Source: an uncultured Sulfolobales archaeon
GTDB lineage: Archaea; Thermoproteota; Thermoprotei_A; Sulfolobales; NBVN01
NCBI GenBank assembly: GCA_938083005.1
Contig: CALKCU010000037.1
Location: forward strand, 1 to 58,337
Direction: 5' to 3'
Length of the DNA stretch: 58,337 nt
The notes under the pieces are model-generated. The model was not told the origin of the DNA, did not search any database, and saw only the letters and a list, made by a program, of their open reading frames with translations. Made by a program: the position numbers and the translations under genes. Positions 1 through 8,845 of this stretch are shown piece by piece (position 1 is the first letter of the stretch; every line of letters begins with the position of its first letter).

Positions 1-36
1 CGCCGTTAATATTTATGTCAGCGCGCATCTAGGTGG

Positions 37-249
37 GTGGGAAGGACGACCGGCGCGTCTCTCGAGGTGGACCCCGTCTGCGGGATGCGGGTGGACCCGA
101 CAAAGGCCGTCTACAAGACGCTGTACAGGGGGAGGGTGTACTACTTCTGCAGCAGGCGCTGCAGGGACCTATTCGAGAGGAACCCCGAGCTCTACCTCGA
201 GCGCGGTCCCGAGGGCATGCCCGGTGGTCGTGCTGAGGGAGAGGGTTAG
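37..249 (+). CDS. YHS/TRASH-domain metallochaperone (CopM-like)
   Basis: DPVCGM...YYFCSxxC motif; 70 aa; overlaps the start of the P-type ATPase. Confidence 0.85.
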   Translation: MGRTTGASLEVDPVCGMRVDPTKAVYKTLYRGRVYYFCSRRCRDLFERNPELYLERGPEGMPGGRAEGEG

Positions 250-2635
250 GATAGTAGGCGTAGACTGCCCGACCTGCGTCTACTCGATCCAGAAAAGCCT
301 GGGGAAGCTGAGGGGCTTCCGCGGCATCGAGGTGGACCCGAGCTCGGGAGAGGCCGTCGTAGAGTACGAGAGCGGAGAGTGCGATCTGAGGGACGTCTAC
401 AGGGCCGTGAGGGAGGCCGGGTACGACCTCCTCAAGGAGAGGGTCCTGCTATCGCTCCGAGGACTGGGCGAGAGCGGAGCGAGCGCTCTCGAGTCCAGGA
501 TCTCCGGGATCCCCGGGGTCTTCGAGTGCCGAGTTTCGCCGGTGACGGGGCTCGCGAGCGTCGTGTACAACCCCCTATCCACCAGCGCCAGCGAGGTCGT
601 CGGGAGGATCAGGGAGCTCGGAGTGGAGGTGTCCGAGCTCTCGGAAGAGGTCCCGGGGGAGGAGCCCCGCGAGGGCTTCCTGCTCCTGAGGAGGCTCGCG
701 GCCTTCTCGATCGGGCTCTTCGCGGTGGTCTACGCTATGGTTGGCATGTACTACGAGCTGCTCCCGCATCGTGAGAGCGAGCTCCTGCTAGCGTCCCTGG
801 CCGCGGCGGCCGTGGCCGCGGGCTTCGACATAGTCTCCAGGGGGCTCAGGTCCCTGGCCCGGCTCTCCCCGACTATGGACTCCCTGGTGGCTTTGTCCGT
901 CCTGACCACCTTGGCGGCCGGCGGAGCGGGGGTCCTCGGTCTCGTGGAGTGGCGGATCGGCCTCCACAGCGCCTCCTTCTTCGAGGCCTCCGCCGGCGTC
1001 ATAGGCTTCGTGGGGCTCGGCAGGTACCTCGAGGAGAGGCTCAGGAGGAGGGCCTTCAGGTCCCTCGAGGACCTGGCCAGGACCCTCTACGGGAGGGCCA
1101 GAGTGGTCGAGGGCGGGACCGTGCGCGAGAAGAGCGTACCGAGCATCGAGCCCGGGGAGGTCGTGGAGGTCAAGGCGGGGGAGATAGTGCCGGTCGACGG
1201 AGTGGTCGTCGAGGGGTGGGGCTACGTCGACGAGTCGAGCTTCACGGGAGAGCCCGTCCCGAGGCTCAAGAGGTCCGAGACCAGGGACCCGGTGCTGGCG
1301 GGCAGCGTCCTGACTAGCGGCTACCTGAGGGTGCGAGTGACGAGGGCCTCCAGGGACACCGTCCTCTACCACATCGTCGAGACGGTCAGGGAGGCCCAGT
1401 TCTACAAGCCGAGGGCCGTGAGGGTGGCAGACAGGATCGTTGGGCTCCTGACGTGGACCGTCGTGGCCGTGGCCGTCCTCACTCTCGCCTACTGGTGGCT
1501 GGTGGCTGGAGAGCCCGCCCTCGCTCTAACGTTCTCGGCAGCGGTCCTTGCAGTAGCTTGCCCGTGCGCTCTCGGGATAGCCGTCCCGATGGTGGTCTCG
1601 ATAGCCGTCCTGAGGGCGGCTAGGAGCGGCGTGCTAGTGAGGAGGGGAGACGCCTTCGAGAGAGCGACCGAGGCCGGTGTAGTGCTGTTCGACAAGACGG
1701 GGACCCTGACCCTCGGGAGGCCCTCAGTCAGGGGAGTGTACGTCGTCGACGGGTCTGCCGACGAGGGGCTGGTTCTCAGGTACGCCTGCAGCGTCGAGTC
1801 CAGGAGCGAGCACCCGATCTCGAGGGCCCTGCTGGAGTACTGCGCGGAGAGGGGGGTCGAGCTCGGGGAGCCGTCAGAGTTCGTCCACATGCCCGGGATG
1901 GGGGTAGCGGGCCTCGTCGACGGGACGGTGGTCGCCGTCGGGAACCTGGAGCTAGCGGAGAGGTCCGGAGCGAGCTACGACGACAGGGTAGCGGAGCTCG
2001 TAGAGGAGATCGGGAGCAGGGGCTCCACGGCGGTGCTCGTGACCGTGGGAGGCAGGGTAGCGGCCGTCCTCGAGGTCGGGGACGCTCTCAGACCGGAGGC
2101 CAGAGAGGTCGTCGAGAAGCTGAAGTCGCGCGGTCTGAGGACGGGCCTCGCGAGCGGGGACACCGAGGCCAGCGTGAGGTACTACTCGAAGGTCCTGGGT
2201 CTGGACCTCGCGTTCCCGGAGCTCAGGCCCGACGAGAAGGCCGAGCTGGTGAAGGAGATGCAGGACAGGGGGCTCAGGGTCGTGTTCGTCGGGGACGGGG
2301 TCAACGACGCGCCGGCCATATCGTCCTCCTTCCTCGGAGTGGCCATGGGCAGCGGCTCCGAGGTCTCGAGGGAGTCCGGTGACGTCGTCCTGACCAGGAG
2401 CAGGCTGGCGGACCTCCTCTCGTTCTTCGAGCTGAGCAGGGCGGTGAGGAGGAAGTCCGCCGAGAACATCGCGTGGGCGTTCGTCTACAACGCCGCTCTC
2501 ATCCCGATCGCGGCGGGCCTGCTCTACGCGAGCCACGGCGTGTTCATCAGGCCCGAGATGGCCGCTCTAGCCATGGTGCTAAGCGACGTGAGCGTTGTAC
2601 TGAACGCCATGACCCTGCTCGCGAGGAGGGTCTAG
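224..2635 (+). CDS. copA: Heavy-metal (Cu+) translocating P1B-type ATPase
   Basis: N-terminal CPTC HMA motif, TGE, transmembrane CPC, DKTGT, HP, GDGVND, YN and MxxS in last helices. Confidence 0.92.
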   Translation: MVVLRERVRIVGVDCPTCVYSIQKSLGKLRGFRGIEVDPSSGEAVVEYESGECDLRDVYRAVREAGYDLLKERVLLSLRGLGESGASALESRISGIPGVFECRVSPVTGLASVVYNPLSTSASEVVGRIRELGVEVSELSEEVPGEEPREGFLLLRRLAAFSIGLFAVVYAMVGMYYELLPHRESELLLASLAAAAVAAGFDIVSRGLRSLARLSPTMDSLVALSVLTTLAAGGAGVLGLVEWRIGLHSASFFEASAGVIGFVGLGRYLEERLRRRAFRSLEDLARTLYGRARVVEGGTVREKSVPSIEPGEVVEVKAGEIVPVDGVVVEGWGYVDESSFTGEPVPRLKRSETRDPVLAGSVLTSGYLRVRVTRASRDTVLYHIVETVREAQFYKPRAVRVADRIVGLLTWTVVAVAVLTLAYWWLVAGEPALALTFSAAVLAVACPCALGIAVPMVVSIAVLRAARSGVLVRRGDAFERATEAGVVLFDKTGTLTLGRPSVRGVYVVDGSADEGLVLRYACSVESRSEHPISRALLEYCAERGVELGEPSEFVHMPGMGVAGLVDGTVVAVGNLELAERSGASYDDRVAELVEEIGSRGSTAVLVTVGGRVAAVLEVGDALRPEAREVVEKLKSRGLRTGLASGDTEASVRYYSKVLGLDLAFPELRPDEKAELVKEMQDRGLRVVFVGDGVNDAPAISSSFLGVAMGSGSEVSRESGDVVLTRSRLADLLSFFELSRAVRRKSAENIAWAFVYNAALIPIAAGLLYASHGVFIRPEMAALAMVLSDVSVVLNAMTLLARRV

Positions 2636-2648
2636 CCCCCGAGACCCT

Positions 2649-4142
2649 CTAGACCAGGGCCGGGACCATCGGTGCGCAGACCAGGACTGCCAGAGCCACC
2701 GCCAGTGGTATAAGCAGCAGCCCCGCCTTGGCCATCTCGTAGTTCTTGAAGTAGCCGAAGGAGTATGCTACCGCGTTCGGCGGCGTGCTCGCCGGGAGCA
2801 CGAACGCCAGCGCTGAGGCCACGCCAGCGACCACCCCGGCGACCCTCGGGTCAAGGCCCAGAGCGGACGCTATCCCCAGGACCACCGGGACCATGGCTGA
2901 GGCGGTTGCCGTTATGCTGCAGAACACTGTCGTGCTCAGCGCGGTTATCGCCGCCAGGACGGTCAGTGCCGCGTAGGGGTTCGCACCGCTTAGGCGCGCC
3001 GCCACGACTCTGCTCAGGTACGGTATGACCCCGGTCTCGCGTAGACCCTCCCCGAGGGCCAGCCCGCCGGCCACCAGCAGGAGGACCCCCCAGTCGACCT
3101 CTCGGGAGAGCTCCCTCCAGCTGAGGACCCCCAGGACCGGTGCCGTGAAGAGTATCACGGCCAGGATCGAGACCACGTAGGTCCAGTCCGCCGCCCAGGG
3201 GGACCCCCGGAAGACCGATGAGACTAGGGGGTCTAGGAGCCACAAAAGAGCGACCAGGAGGAAGAGAGCGAGGGCCCTCCTCTGGACGCCGCTCATCCTC
3301 CCGAGGGCCTCCAGCTCCCTCCTGACCCTCTCCGATCCCCCGGCGACTACCCTGCGCTCGGGGGGGTAGAGGAGCAGGAGGAGCCTCCAGGCCGCGAGGG
3401 TCAGGGCGAGGGCTACGGGCACTCCCCAGGCCATCCACGCCGCGAACCCTATCCTGGTGCCCGAGACCCTCTCGACGTTGTCTATGGCTATCGGAACCGG
3501 GGGAGTGCCGACCGGAGTCCCGACGCCCCCTATCGTGGCCGCGTAGGCTACCCCTATCATCACGGCCTTGCCGAAGCTGCTCCTACCCCTCTCGGCTCCC
3601 GAGAGCCTCAGGATGCCCGCGGCCACGGGAGCCATCAGGGCCGCGGCCGCCGTGTTCGGTATCCACATGGAGAGGGCCATCGTGGCGAGCATGACTCCCA
3701 GCATCAGCATGTCGGCTCTGTCTCCGACCAGGGAGGCTATCTTAAGACCTATGAACCTGTCGAGGCGGTGCGCGGAGAGCCCCGCGGCTATCGCGAGCCC
3801 GGCCAGGACCAGCACGTTGACCTTGGACGCCACGAACGATATCGACCTGGCCAGGGGGAACACGCCGTAGAGGGTCAGGAGCAGCATCACGACCAGCCCG
3901 GTAACGGGTATGGGGACGCACTCCGTCGCCCAGAAGACTATAGCGACGAAGGTTACTCCGACCATGGTCATGGCCTTCTGGTCCAGACCCTCCGGCGGGG
4001 GCAGGACCGATATCGCGTAAGCCGCGGCTAGCGCGGCGAGGGCCACGATAGCCTTGGACCAGGCGAACCCCGCTCCCTCCACGCTGGCTCGCCCCCGACC
4101 CGGCGCCCCGCTCGAGGCCTCCCTCGTCGTCGCCGTGAGCAT
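2649..4142 (-). CDS. DASS/SLC13 family di-/tricarboxylate or sulfate symporter
   Basis: Polytopic membrane protein with SMWIPNTA, GGVGTPVGTPP and LPASTPPNA motifs; start moved to ATG 4142 because the longer ORF overlaps the ABC gene. Confidence 0.85.
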   Translation of the reverse strand: MLTATTREASSGAPGRGRASVEGAGFAWSKAIVALAALAAAYAISVLPPPEGLDQKAMTMVGVTFVAIVFWATECVPIPVTGLVVMLLLTLYGVFPLARSISFVASKVNVLVLAGLAIAAGLSAHRLDRFIGLKIASLVGDRADMLMLGVMLATMALSMWIPNTAAAALMAPVAAGILRLSGAERGRSSFGKAVMIGVAYAATIGGVGTPVGTPPVPIAIDNVERVSGTRIGFAAWMAWGVPVALALTLAAWRLLLLLYPPERRVVAGGSERVRRELEALGRMSGVQRRALALFLLVALLWLLDPLVSSVFRGSPWAADWTYVVSILAVILFTAPVLGVLSWRELSREVDWGVLLLVAGGLALGEGLRETGVIPYLSRVVAARLSGANPYAALTVLAAITALSTTVFCSITATASAMVPVVLGIASALGLDPRVAGVVAGVASALAFVLPASTPPNAVAYSFGYFKNYEMAKAGLLLIPLAVALAVLVCAPMVPALV

Positions 4143-4224
4143 CTCCCAGCCCGGAGAGCGCTTCTGGAAAAAGGCGCGCTCGTCCTCGCTTATATTCGCT
4201 GAGCGCGCGGCTAGGCTAGAGTAG

Positions 4225-4962
4225 GTGGACTTCGTGATACTGGTAGAGGGGGTCTCCAAGTCCTTCGGGAGCCTGAGAGCCCTCGACAACGTCTCCTTCG
4301 AGGTCAGGAACGGGGAGGTCGTAGGCTTCGTGGGGCTCAACGGGGCCGGCAAGACGACGACGATAAGGATAGCCGTCGGAGTCCTTCCGCCCGACTCGGG
4401 AGACGTCCTGATAGACGGGTACTCGGTGAGGAGGGACAAGAGGAGAGCGTCGGAGAGGGTCGGGTGGCTTCCCGAGATACCCATGTTCGAGAAAGACTTC
4501 AGGGCTCTCGACTACTTCGCCTACGTGGCGGGCTTCTACGGGTTCTCGAGGAGCGAGGCCCTCGAGCTCGGGAGGGAGCTCATGACCAGGTTCGGCCTCG
4601 GGGACGCTATGCGCAGGAAGCTCGGGGAGTACTCCCTGGGGATGAGGAAGAGGTTCGCGCTCGCGCTCAGCATGGTGAACGACCCGCCGAACTTCATCTT
4701 CGACGAGGTGCTGAACGGTCTCGACCCTCAGGGGATAGCGTTCTTCAGGCAGCTGGCGACGGAGTTCAGGAGGGAGGGCAAGGCCGTCCTCTTCTCCTCG
4801 CACATACTGTCCGAGGTGGAGGGAGTAGCCGACAGGGTCGTCTTCATACACAGAGGGAGGATAGTAGCGAACATGAGCATCGACGAGATAAGGAGCAGAG
4901 TCGGCCGGGACCAGAGGGCTCTTGAGGAGTTCTTCTTCAAGCTCGTGGGTGTCGAGCGGTGA
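4225..4962 (+). CDS. ABC transporter ATP-binding protein (ABC-2/exporter type)
   Basis: Walker A GLNGAGKTT, signature YSLGM, Walker B FIFDE, SSH switch. Confidence 0.92.
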   Translation: MDFVILVEGVSKSFGSLRALDNVSFEVRNGEVVGFVGLNGAGKTTTIRIAVGVLPPDSGDVLIDGYSVRRDKRRASERVGWLPEIPMFEKDFRALDYFAYVAGFYGFSRSEALELGRELMTRFGLGDAMRRKLGEYSLGMRKRFALALSMVNDPPNFIFDEVLNGLDPQGIAFFRQLATEFRREGKAVLFSSHILSEVEGVADRVVFIHRGRIVANMSIDEIRSRVGRDQRALEEFFFKLVGVER

Positions 4963-6584
4963 GGACGGGTCCCGTGCTCTACGACCTCAGGAGGTCCGTG
5001 CTGAGGATCTCGACGCTGGTCCTCCTGGCGCTGGCGATACTGGCCGGAGTGGGGATGACGTACCTGTTCAGCGTGGCGTTCCTCCAGGGCGGCGTAGCGC
5101 TGGAGGACGTGAACTTCATGGGAGCCCTCGCCGCGAGAGGGGGTAGGGCCTACCTGATCGGGGTCTCCTTCGATAGCGAGGGGAGACCTATCGAGGGGCT
5201 CAGGGTCGAGCTCCTCCTAGGGGGGAGAGTGGTAGCGGAGGCCTCGTCGAACAGAGAGGGGCTAGTCGTGTCGGAGCTCGGCGTCGAGGAGCTGCTGAAG
5301 GCGGTCGCGACGGTCCCCGGCGTCCCAGCTCCCGCGCAGCCCGCGGCTCTGCCCGTGCCCACTCTGCGCCTAGTTAAGGGCTCCGTGAACCTGACGGTCG
5401 GCGGGACCCCCGAGCGGTGGGAGCTCCCGGGCCCCAGCGGCGTGGTTTCGTACAAGAGGGTGAGCGCGTACGTGCTCGACCTGGGGATCCGCCCGAAGGT
5501 TTACCAGCAGAGCCGGGGAGGTCCCTCCCTGATCTACGTGGACTCGACCGTCCTGAAGATGGGGGGCGGGAGGGTCTCGGCCGTGGTCTTCGGGTTCTCG
5601 CTCGACGGCGAAGGTCCGAGAGCTATCGAGGACCCGATATGCTACAACGCGACCCGGACCGCCGTCTCCGTCCAGCTGCTGTTCATGGCGGGCGGAGTCC
5701 CCGTCGAGGCGTACGGACCCCTCTCGGTCCCGGCGAACGGCACGATGGTGTACTACGGAAGCCTGGGGGGCTTCTGGAGCAAGCTCGACCTGAGGATCCC
5801 GGAGGAGCTCGCGAGGGGCGCCGGCGCGCGTCTCCTGGTCGTTGGCGTCAACGCCTCCTCTAGGGGGTACGAGTACTACTCGGGGTCCCTGTTCACGTGG
5901 GCCTCGAGGGCCCTGCGGACGGTGGCTCTCTCCGCGACCGGCTCGATAAACATAGTGCTCCAAGTGTTCGTCATAGCCGCGATCTACCTCTCCAACCAGC
6001 TGATGGCGAAGCCGAGGTCCTCCGGGGAGCTGGAGTTCGTGCTCTCGGGACCGGTGACGAGAGCCGACCTCTTTATCAACAGGTACGTGGCCCAGCTTAT
6101 GGCCTTCGCGGTGATGGCCGCGACGTTCGTTCTAGCCCTCCAGGTCTCGAGCAGCGCGTGGCTCAGCTTCTCCCTCGACGCGGGATCCGCGACCTACGTG
6201 TTCGCCGCCGCCTTCCTAACCATGGTGGCGTTTCTGTCTCTCTCCTACTCGATAGCCTCGTCTCTCAGGCCTGGCCTCTACATGGCCGCCGCGGTAGCGG
6301 CCTACGTGGTGTTCATGCTGTTCTGGGACACTCTCATGTACGCTCTGGGCTTCTCCCTCGGTCTGAGGAGCTACCAGGAGATCTCGGAGTTCGCCTCGAG
6401 GAGCGTCTACTTCAACCCGAGGATCGCGGGAGCCTTCTTCGTGGAGCAGCTCCAGAGCAGCATCCTGGGAACCAGGGGGACCCTAGATCCCCTCTACGCG
6501 ACGCTGTCGATCGTCGCGTGGGTAGCCGTCCCACCGATCCTAGCCTACCTGAGGTTCAGGAGGATCCCTCTGTACTCCCTGTAG
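4959..6584 (+). CDS. ABC-2 type permease with large extracytoplasmic domain
   Basis: N-terminal TM helix, long soluble region, C-terminal TM bundle with GELEFVLSGPVTR loop; GTGA overlap with the ATPase gene. Confidence 0.8.
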   Translation: MRTGPVLYDLRRSVLRISTLVLLALAILAGVGMTYLFSVAFLQGGVALEDVNFMGALAARGGRAYLIGVSFDSEGRPIEGLRVELLLGGRVVAEASSNREGLVVSELGVEELLKAVATVPGVPAPAQPAALPVPTLRLVKGSVNLTVGGTPERWELPGPSGVVSYKRVSAYVLDLGIRPKVYQQSRGGPSLIYVDSTVLKMGGGRVSAVVFGFSLDGEGPRAIEDPICYNATRTAVSVQLLFMAGGVPVEAYGPLSVPANGTMVYYGSLGGFWSKLDLRIPEELARGAGARLLVVGVNASSRGYEYYSGSLFTWASRALRTVALSATGSINIVLQVFVIAAIYLSNQLMAKPRSSGELEFVLSGPVTRADLFINRYVAQLMAFAVMAATFVLALQVSSSAWLSFSLDAGSATYVFAAAFLTMVAFLSLSYSIASSLRPGLYMAAAVAAYVVFMLFWDTLMYALGFSLGLRSYQEISEFASRSVYFNPRIAGAFFVEQLQSSILGTRGTLDPLYATLSIVAWVAVPPILAYLRFRRIPLYSL

Positions 6585-6585
6585 G

Positions 6586-7797
6586 CTAGGGCCTCAGCTC
6601 GCCCTCGTACAGAAGGACCCTCCTCGCTCTCTCCGCGTAGACCTCCCTCTGCCTCCTCCACTCCTCCTCGACCTCCTCGACGTCTCTCAGACCCTCGACG
6701 CACTCCCTGACGCTCGCCGCTCCGGCCAGGTAGTCTATCGCGTAGCGGCTGGCCTTCGTGGACCAGCGCAGGTAGTCCTTCAGGTACTCGACCCGCCCCT
6801 CGTCCTCTCCGGTCAGCAGGGAGAAGCGATCGCCGTAGAGCTCCTTCACTACCCTGAGGACCCTGACGAACGTAGAGAACGGCCTGAAGGAGGTCCTGTC
6901 GGTCACGTGGACGTAGACCCCGCTAACCTCGGTCCCCCTGTACTTGCTCGCCCACGGGACGAACTTGACGGGCCTGAAGATTACTCCCGGCATCTTCAGG
7001 CTGTTCAGGGCCTCCGCGAGCTCCCTGGCCCTGATCCACGGAGCTCCTATCTGGAGGAAGGGGGAGGCTGTCCCCCTCCCCTCGGAGAGGTTCGTCGCCT
7101 CTACGAGGCAGGAGCCGGCGTAGACGAGGGCCGTCTCCAGGTTCGGGATGTTGGGGGAGGGGGGAACCCACGGGAGACCCGTCTCGTCGAACCACATCTC
7201 CCTCCTCCACCCGCCGAGCCTAGCCACCAGCACCTCTCCCCCCAGCCCCTCCACTCTCGAGTAGAAGAGGGCCAGCTCCCCCGGGGTCAGACCGTAGCGA
7301 GCCGGCAAGCTGGCGATCCCGGTGAACGAGCGGAGCGAGGGGTCGAGGACGGGCCCCTCGGTCACGGCGCCAGTCAGGGGGTTCGGCCTGTCGAGGACGA
7401 GGAGGGGGGTCCCCGCTTTCGAGCAGGCCGCGACGGTGTAGTAGAGGGTCGATGCGTAGGTGTACCAGCGGAGACCGAGGTCCTGGACGTCGTAGACGAC
7501 GAGATCGAGCTTCTGGACCTCCTCGACGGGAGGCTCGAGGGTCTCGCCGTACAGGCTGTAGACCCTCACTCCGTACTCCGAGTCGAGCCCTCCGCTCACG
7601 AGCTCTCCGGCCGCCGCGTGGCCCCAGAGGCCGTGCTCGGGCGTGAAGACGACCTCGACGCGTCCCAGCCTCCCGGCTATCTCGACGAGGTGCTCCATAG
7701 CTGGCGAGACGCCGGTGTGGTTGGTGACGAGGCCCAGCCTCCTCCCCGCCAACAGCCCGGGCAGCTCCCGGCTCTCGATCCCGGCCCTGACCCTCAA
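6586..7797 (-). CDS. namZ: DUF1343 family exo-beta-N-acetylmuramidase (NamZ/YbbC-like)
   Basis: GLVTNHTG, PEHGLWG, YSLYG, DVQDLGLRWYTY, LDRPNP, WVPPSPNIP, NLSEGRGT, IGAPW motifs; no signal peptide. Confidence 0.9.
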   Translation of the reverse strand: MRVRAGIESRELPGLLAGRRLGLVTNHTGVSPAMEHLVEIAGRLGRVEVVFTPEHGLWGHAAAGELVSGGLDSEYGVRVYSLYGETLEPPVEEVQKLDLVVYDVQDLGLRWYTYASTLYYTVAACSKAGTPLLVLDRPNPLTGAVTEGPVLDPSLRSFTGIASLPARYGLTPGELALFYSRVEGLGGEVLVARLGGWRREMWFDETGLPWVPPSPNIPNLETALVYAGSCLVEATNLSEGRGTASPFLQIGAPWIRARELAEALNSLKMPGVIFRPVKFVPWASKYRGTEVSGVYVHVTDRTSFRPFSTFVRVLRVVKELYGDRFSLLTGEDEGRVEYLKDYLRWSTKASRYAIDYLAGAASVRECVEGLRDVEEVEEEWRRQREVYAERARRVLLYEGELRP

Positions 7798-8789
7798 GGT
7801 CTCGACCTCCGAGGATCTCCCCCCGGTCCGGGACTCTGGAGCCCCTCCTCCGGGAGCCCGACCTTCTCGAGACTCTCGACGTCGTACCCCTCGATCGAGC
7901 TCATGTAGTAGAGCACGCAGCCGAGGAGAGGTGGCGCTCGCCTCACCTCGAACCTCCTCCCCCTCCTCGACTCTACCTCGAACCTGAGGGCGTCGGACAG
8001 GGGTCTGCAGCCGAGGACGGCGCTGCCGGTCCCGTAGACCACGGCGCCCTCTTCGAACCCTAGCTTCCTCTCCACCGCCGAGACCATTCTCTCGAGCTCC
8101 CGGGCCGCGTCCCCCATCAGCTCCAGGGCCAGCTCGCAGCCCAGCTCGGCGGCCCTGCAGGCGAGCTTAGCGAGCTCGGCCACTCTGCTCGGCGCTGCGT
8201 ACTCTCTGTAGAGCCTGCCCAGGGCGTCGCTGACCCCCGCCGCACCCAGCTCCTCTAGGAGGAGCCTCAGGGACGTATCGCCGACTCCGAGCCTGCCGTC
8301 GTAGCGCATCAGGGACCTGCGGACGAACTCCCTGCCGATCCAGTAAGCGCTCCCCTCGTCGCCGAAGAGGTAGCCCCAGCCGCCGGCTCTGGCCTCCGCT
8401 CTCCCCCTGCGGCCGTAGGCGAAGGAGCCGGTCCCCGAGGACACCAGGATAGCGTCTCGACCTCGCGCAGCGGCCGCGTACGCCGCCTCGATGTCTGTGA
8501 GAACCCACAGCTCGACCGGGCCGATCTCCCTCCTCAGAAGCTCCTCCACCTCCCTCCTGTACGCGGAGATCCCGGCTAGGCTGAAGACGTACCCGCCGAC
8601 GTCTTTCCCGAACTCTCTGAGGACGGGGCCAAGCAGAGACCTGAGGTTTTCCAGGAAGGCGGTGGGGCCGAGGACCGCGTAGTTGAGGGGAGGGCCCTCG
8701 AAGAGAGCCAGGGCCCGGCCCCTCCTCTCGAAGACTAGGGCTCTCGAACCGCTGCCTCCCCCGTCTACGGCTACCAGTATGGACGTCAC
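7794..8789 (-). CDS. BadF/BadG/BcrA/BcrD-family N-acetylhexosamine kinase (MurK/NAGK-like)
   Basis: VDGGGSGS, SGTGS, GGWGYLFGDEGSAYWIG motifs; GTG 8789 (alternative 8807) lies ~25 nt downstream of a TATA box; TTGA overlap with namZ. Confidence 0.85.
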   Translation of the reverse strand: MTSILVAVDGGGSGSRALVFERRGRALALFEGPPLNYAVLGPTAFLENLRSLLGPVLREFGKDVGGYVFSLAGISAYRREVEELLRREIGPVELWVLTDIEAAYAAAARGRDAILVSSGTGSFAYGRRGRAEARAGGWGYLFGDEGSAYWIGREFVRRSLMRYDGRLGVGDTSLRLLLEELGAAGVSDALGRLYREYAAPSRVAELAKLACRAAELGCELALELMGDAARELERMVSAVERKLGFEEGAVVYGTGSAVLGCRPLSDALRFEVESRRGRRFEVRRAPPLLGCVLYYMSSIEGYDVESLEKVGLPEEGLQSPGPGGDPRRSRP

Positions 8790-8810
8790 GAAACGGAAGC
8801 CGCTCACAGC

Positions 8811-8819
8811 AATATATAC
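8811..8819 (-). promoter_or_regulatory. TATA box for the kinase-namZ unit
   Basis: GTATATATT on the minus strand ~22-30 nt upstream of GTG 8789. Confidence 0.55.
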
Positions 8820-8845
8820 CGCGGGAGCCCGCTCGGGAGACCGCA

